Source: Pocillopora damicornis (Eukaryota). Taken from it: a DNA stretch of 64,000 nucleotides. Of this stretch, positions 62,301-64,000 are shown in pieces. The translations under genes and the position numbers were made by a program. The notes beneath the pieces are model-generated. The model did not search any database and had not been told where the DNA came from. It was given only the letters and a program-made list of their open reading frames with translations. Positions within the stretch are counted from its first letter, which is position 1, and every line of letters begins with the position of its first letter. The stretch covers positions 434,001 to 498,000 of the forward strand of contig NW_020844031.1 of the NCBI RefSeq assembly GCF_003704095.1, read 5' to 3'.

Positions 62301-63484
62301 ATAAAAGGAAAATAAACTTTATGTTATCAGTGATAATACAACTTGGATACAGGAAAGGAAATGATCAGTTAGAAACACTTTGATAGCATTTCTATATTAT
62401 AAGGTCTAAGCATACATCGTTTTCAACTTAAAGAGTTCAAGCTTCACACTTGCACATGCAGTTTACTCTGAGATATGTTGAGCAATATATGCACATGCCA
62501 ATACATGCATAATATATGCATATACTGTGTAGATTTGTAAATGTATTTTGTTTTGAAAGAAGGAAGGACATATCATTCTTGCTACCTGTTGAAAAGACAT
62601 TGGAAGTCCACCATAATACAGTGCCAGCGATCCCTGAAGCATTAAATTAAAGCAAGTTATCATCAGTAGGGATAATTGCAAAATTTTGCCATTCAGTTTA
62701 TTTCACTTTTGAGAATGATCTCAATTTATAGAGTGTGTTATTATAAGATAAGAGAAAGTAGACATCCTGTGTGACTGTCTGTCTCTTCTGTGAATTAGGA
62801 TATAATTAATAGGAAATTTAAATGCAACTTCTCCACTTTACCAAAATATCTCTGGTCAAAGAGAAAAAAAGAAGGTGAGTATGGGTAAGTATAGTGGGTC
62901 ACTATAGCTGGTTCTGTGTGATTTTGCTTATAAAAATAAGATAGTACAAAAGAATTCTCAGAAAAACAAAAATGAATTCATCAAATACCCAAATGAAATG
63001 CAATATACCTGTTCAAGAAGAAAAAGAGCTTCATGTGGTTGTAGTAACATTTTGCCATGTTTTTGATGTCCAAAGTGCTGCCAGTGAGGACCCTGCAAAA
63101 AGGGAAGGCAACTTAACCTTGATAGCTCGTCACCTGAATCTGTTATAACAGAGTTCATTTCTAATGTCAAACACCTGACAGACATATGCAAGAGACTTTG
63201 ACAAGTACACAATTGGCCAAGACTTGGATCCAGACATATGGGCTTTCATTTATCAACTTTTCTCAGAATGGTAGCCCTTCCATCACTTTCAGGTAGAACA
63301 AAAAAACTTATACACTAAGCTCTGCGGAAATGTGCTAGAGCATAAATCAATGGGCAAACAATCAAACAAACCAAATTTTTTTTAAAAACATTATACATGC
63401 ATTTCCAGACAACTATTCACCTTTGTTACTGACATCTCCACAACTTTTTCACCAGGGACCCATGTGCCTACAGATAAGTTGCTC
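59318..63484 (-). CDS. TSEN54: tRNA-splicing endonuclease subunit Sen54, 3' part (5' exons not found in the window)
   Basis: Exons 63484-63421, 63092-63009, 62633-62586, 62279-62232, 61869-61817, 61774-61760, 61628-61417, 61053-60990, 60183-60079 and 59471-59318: SNLSVGTWVPGEKVVEM, GPHWQHFG...LQPHEALFLLEQGSLALYYGGLPMSFQQAY, VYTYFLRLGFTVLR, IAFDVYQPGLNFKKSDPGTP, VPLKIALVDGGSISFYS...RG*. Confidence 0.93.
61100..61235 (+). mobile_element. Degenerate tRNA-derived SINE fragment
   Basis: CCTTGCTCCTTAGGTTTTCTCCATATTTTCTAGTCTTCTTCTCTCCAGAATAAACAACA...AATTCAAATTC resembles a common cnidarian SINE body from recall. Confidence 0.45.
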
Positions 63485-64000
63485 CTGTCAGAAACATGAA
63501 TCAAAATTGCAATCACTGATTGTATTAACTGACACTTCGGAGTCTTCATGATGCTATTGTTGGGGTGAACGTTAAGATAATGAATTCTGCAAGTATTGAT
63601 AACTGCAATAAACTTACATAATAAAGAATGCAAGATTAAATTACAGAAATACTAAAACACTGATTGAGTCCGATGGCACGTTCAGAGTTGATTTTAGTTT
63701 TCTGATGAATAACATCTCATGCATTAAGCAATCAAATTTATTTTTGCATTTCTTTAGAACCGTGAAGCAGGGACCTTGCCATGTTTGTCTTGGTAGTGTT
63801 TAAACCAAACTAAAACCAACTCCGAACATGCAATTCGACTCAATCCATGTTAAAGTGTCCCTGTAATTTAATCTCGCATTCTTTATCAAGTAAATTTTTT
63901 GCAGTTATTAATGGTCGCAGAATTCACTATCCTCGCATAAATTGCCTTGACAATGGCGTCATGAAGACTTCGAAACGTCGGTTCATATCGCTATTACTTA

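Noticed and set aside
1-64000. tRNA, rRNA, snoRNA, SECIS elements, U12-type or GC-AG introns, intact transposase or horizontally acquired genes
   Set aside because: None recognisable by eye and all modelled introns are GT-AG; tRNAscan-SE and Infernal would be needed to exclude small RNAs formally.

Overview
AT-rich, intron-containing animal genomic DNA. The repeat landscape (TTAA-flanked ~210-bp MITEs, CCAAT-rich MITEs, tRNA-type SINE remnants) points to a cnidarian, probably a stony coral; the species cannot be fixed from sequence alone. Splicing GT-AG exons by hand gives eight protein-coding genes in order: the 3' end of CLCN7 (+), a CDR2/CDR2L-like gene (-), a class A GPCR with an intronless CDS (+), STUB1/CHIP (-), MMD/MMD2 (+, head-to-head with STUB1), a ~1950-aa MPRIP/TRIOBP/Outspread-like PH + coiled-coil gene (+, with a 3-kb exon), LMF1 (-, 11 exons) and the 3' part of TSEN54 (-). 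Most entries in the ORF track are spurious or exon fragments. The most unusual feature is a 313-bp, ~94%-identical inverted copy of CDR2 coding sequence inside an intron of the convergent neighbour CLCN7. Other points of interest: apparent ancient linkage with the human 16p13/17/22q13/7p22 paralogon, a hAT5-like MITE whose empty-site homolog lies in the same window, two microexons, and a CpG-depletion pattern that tracks MITE positions. No prokaryotic-type system, CRISPR array or structural RNA gene was found. All gene names come from recalled motif similarity, not from database searches.
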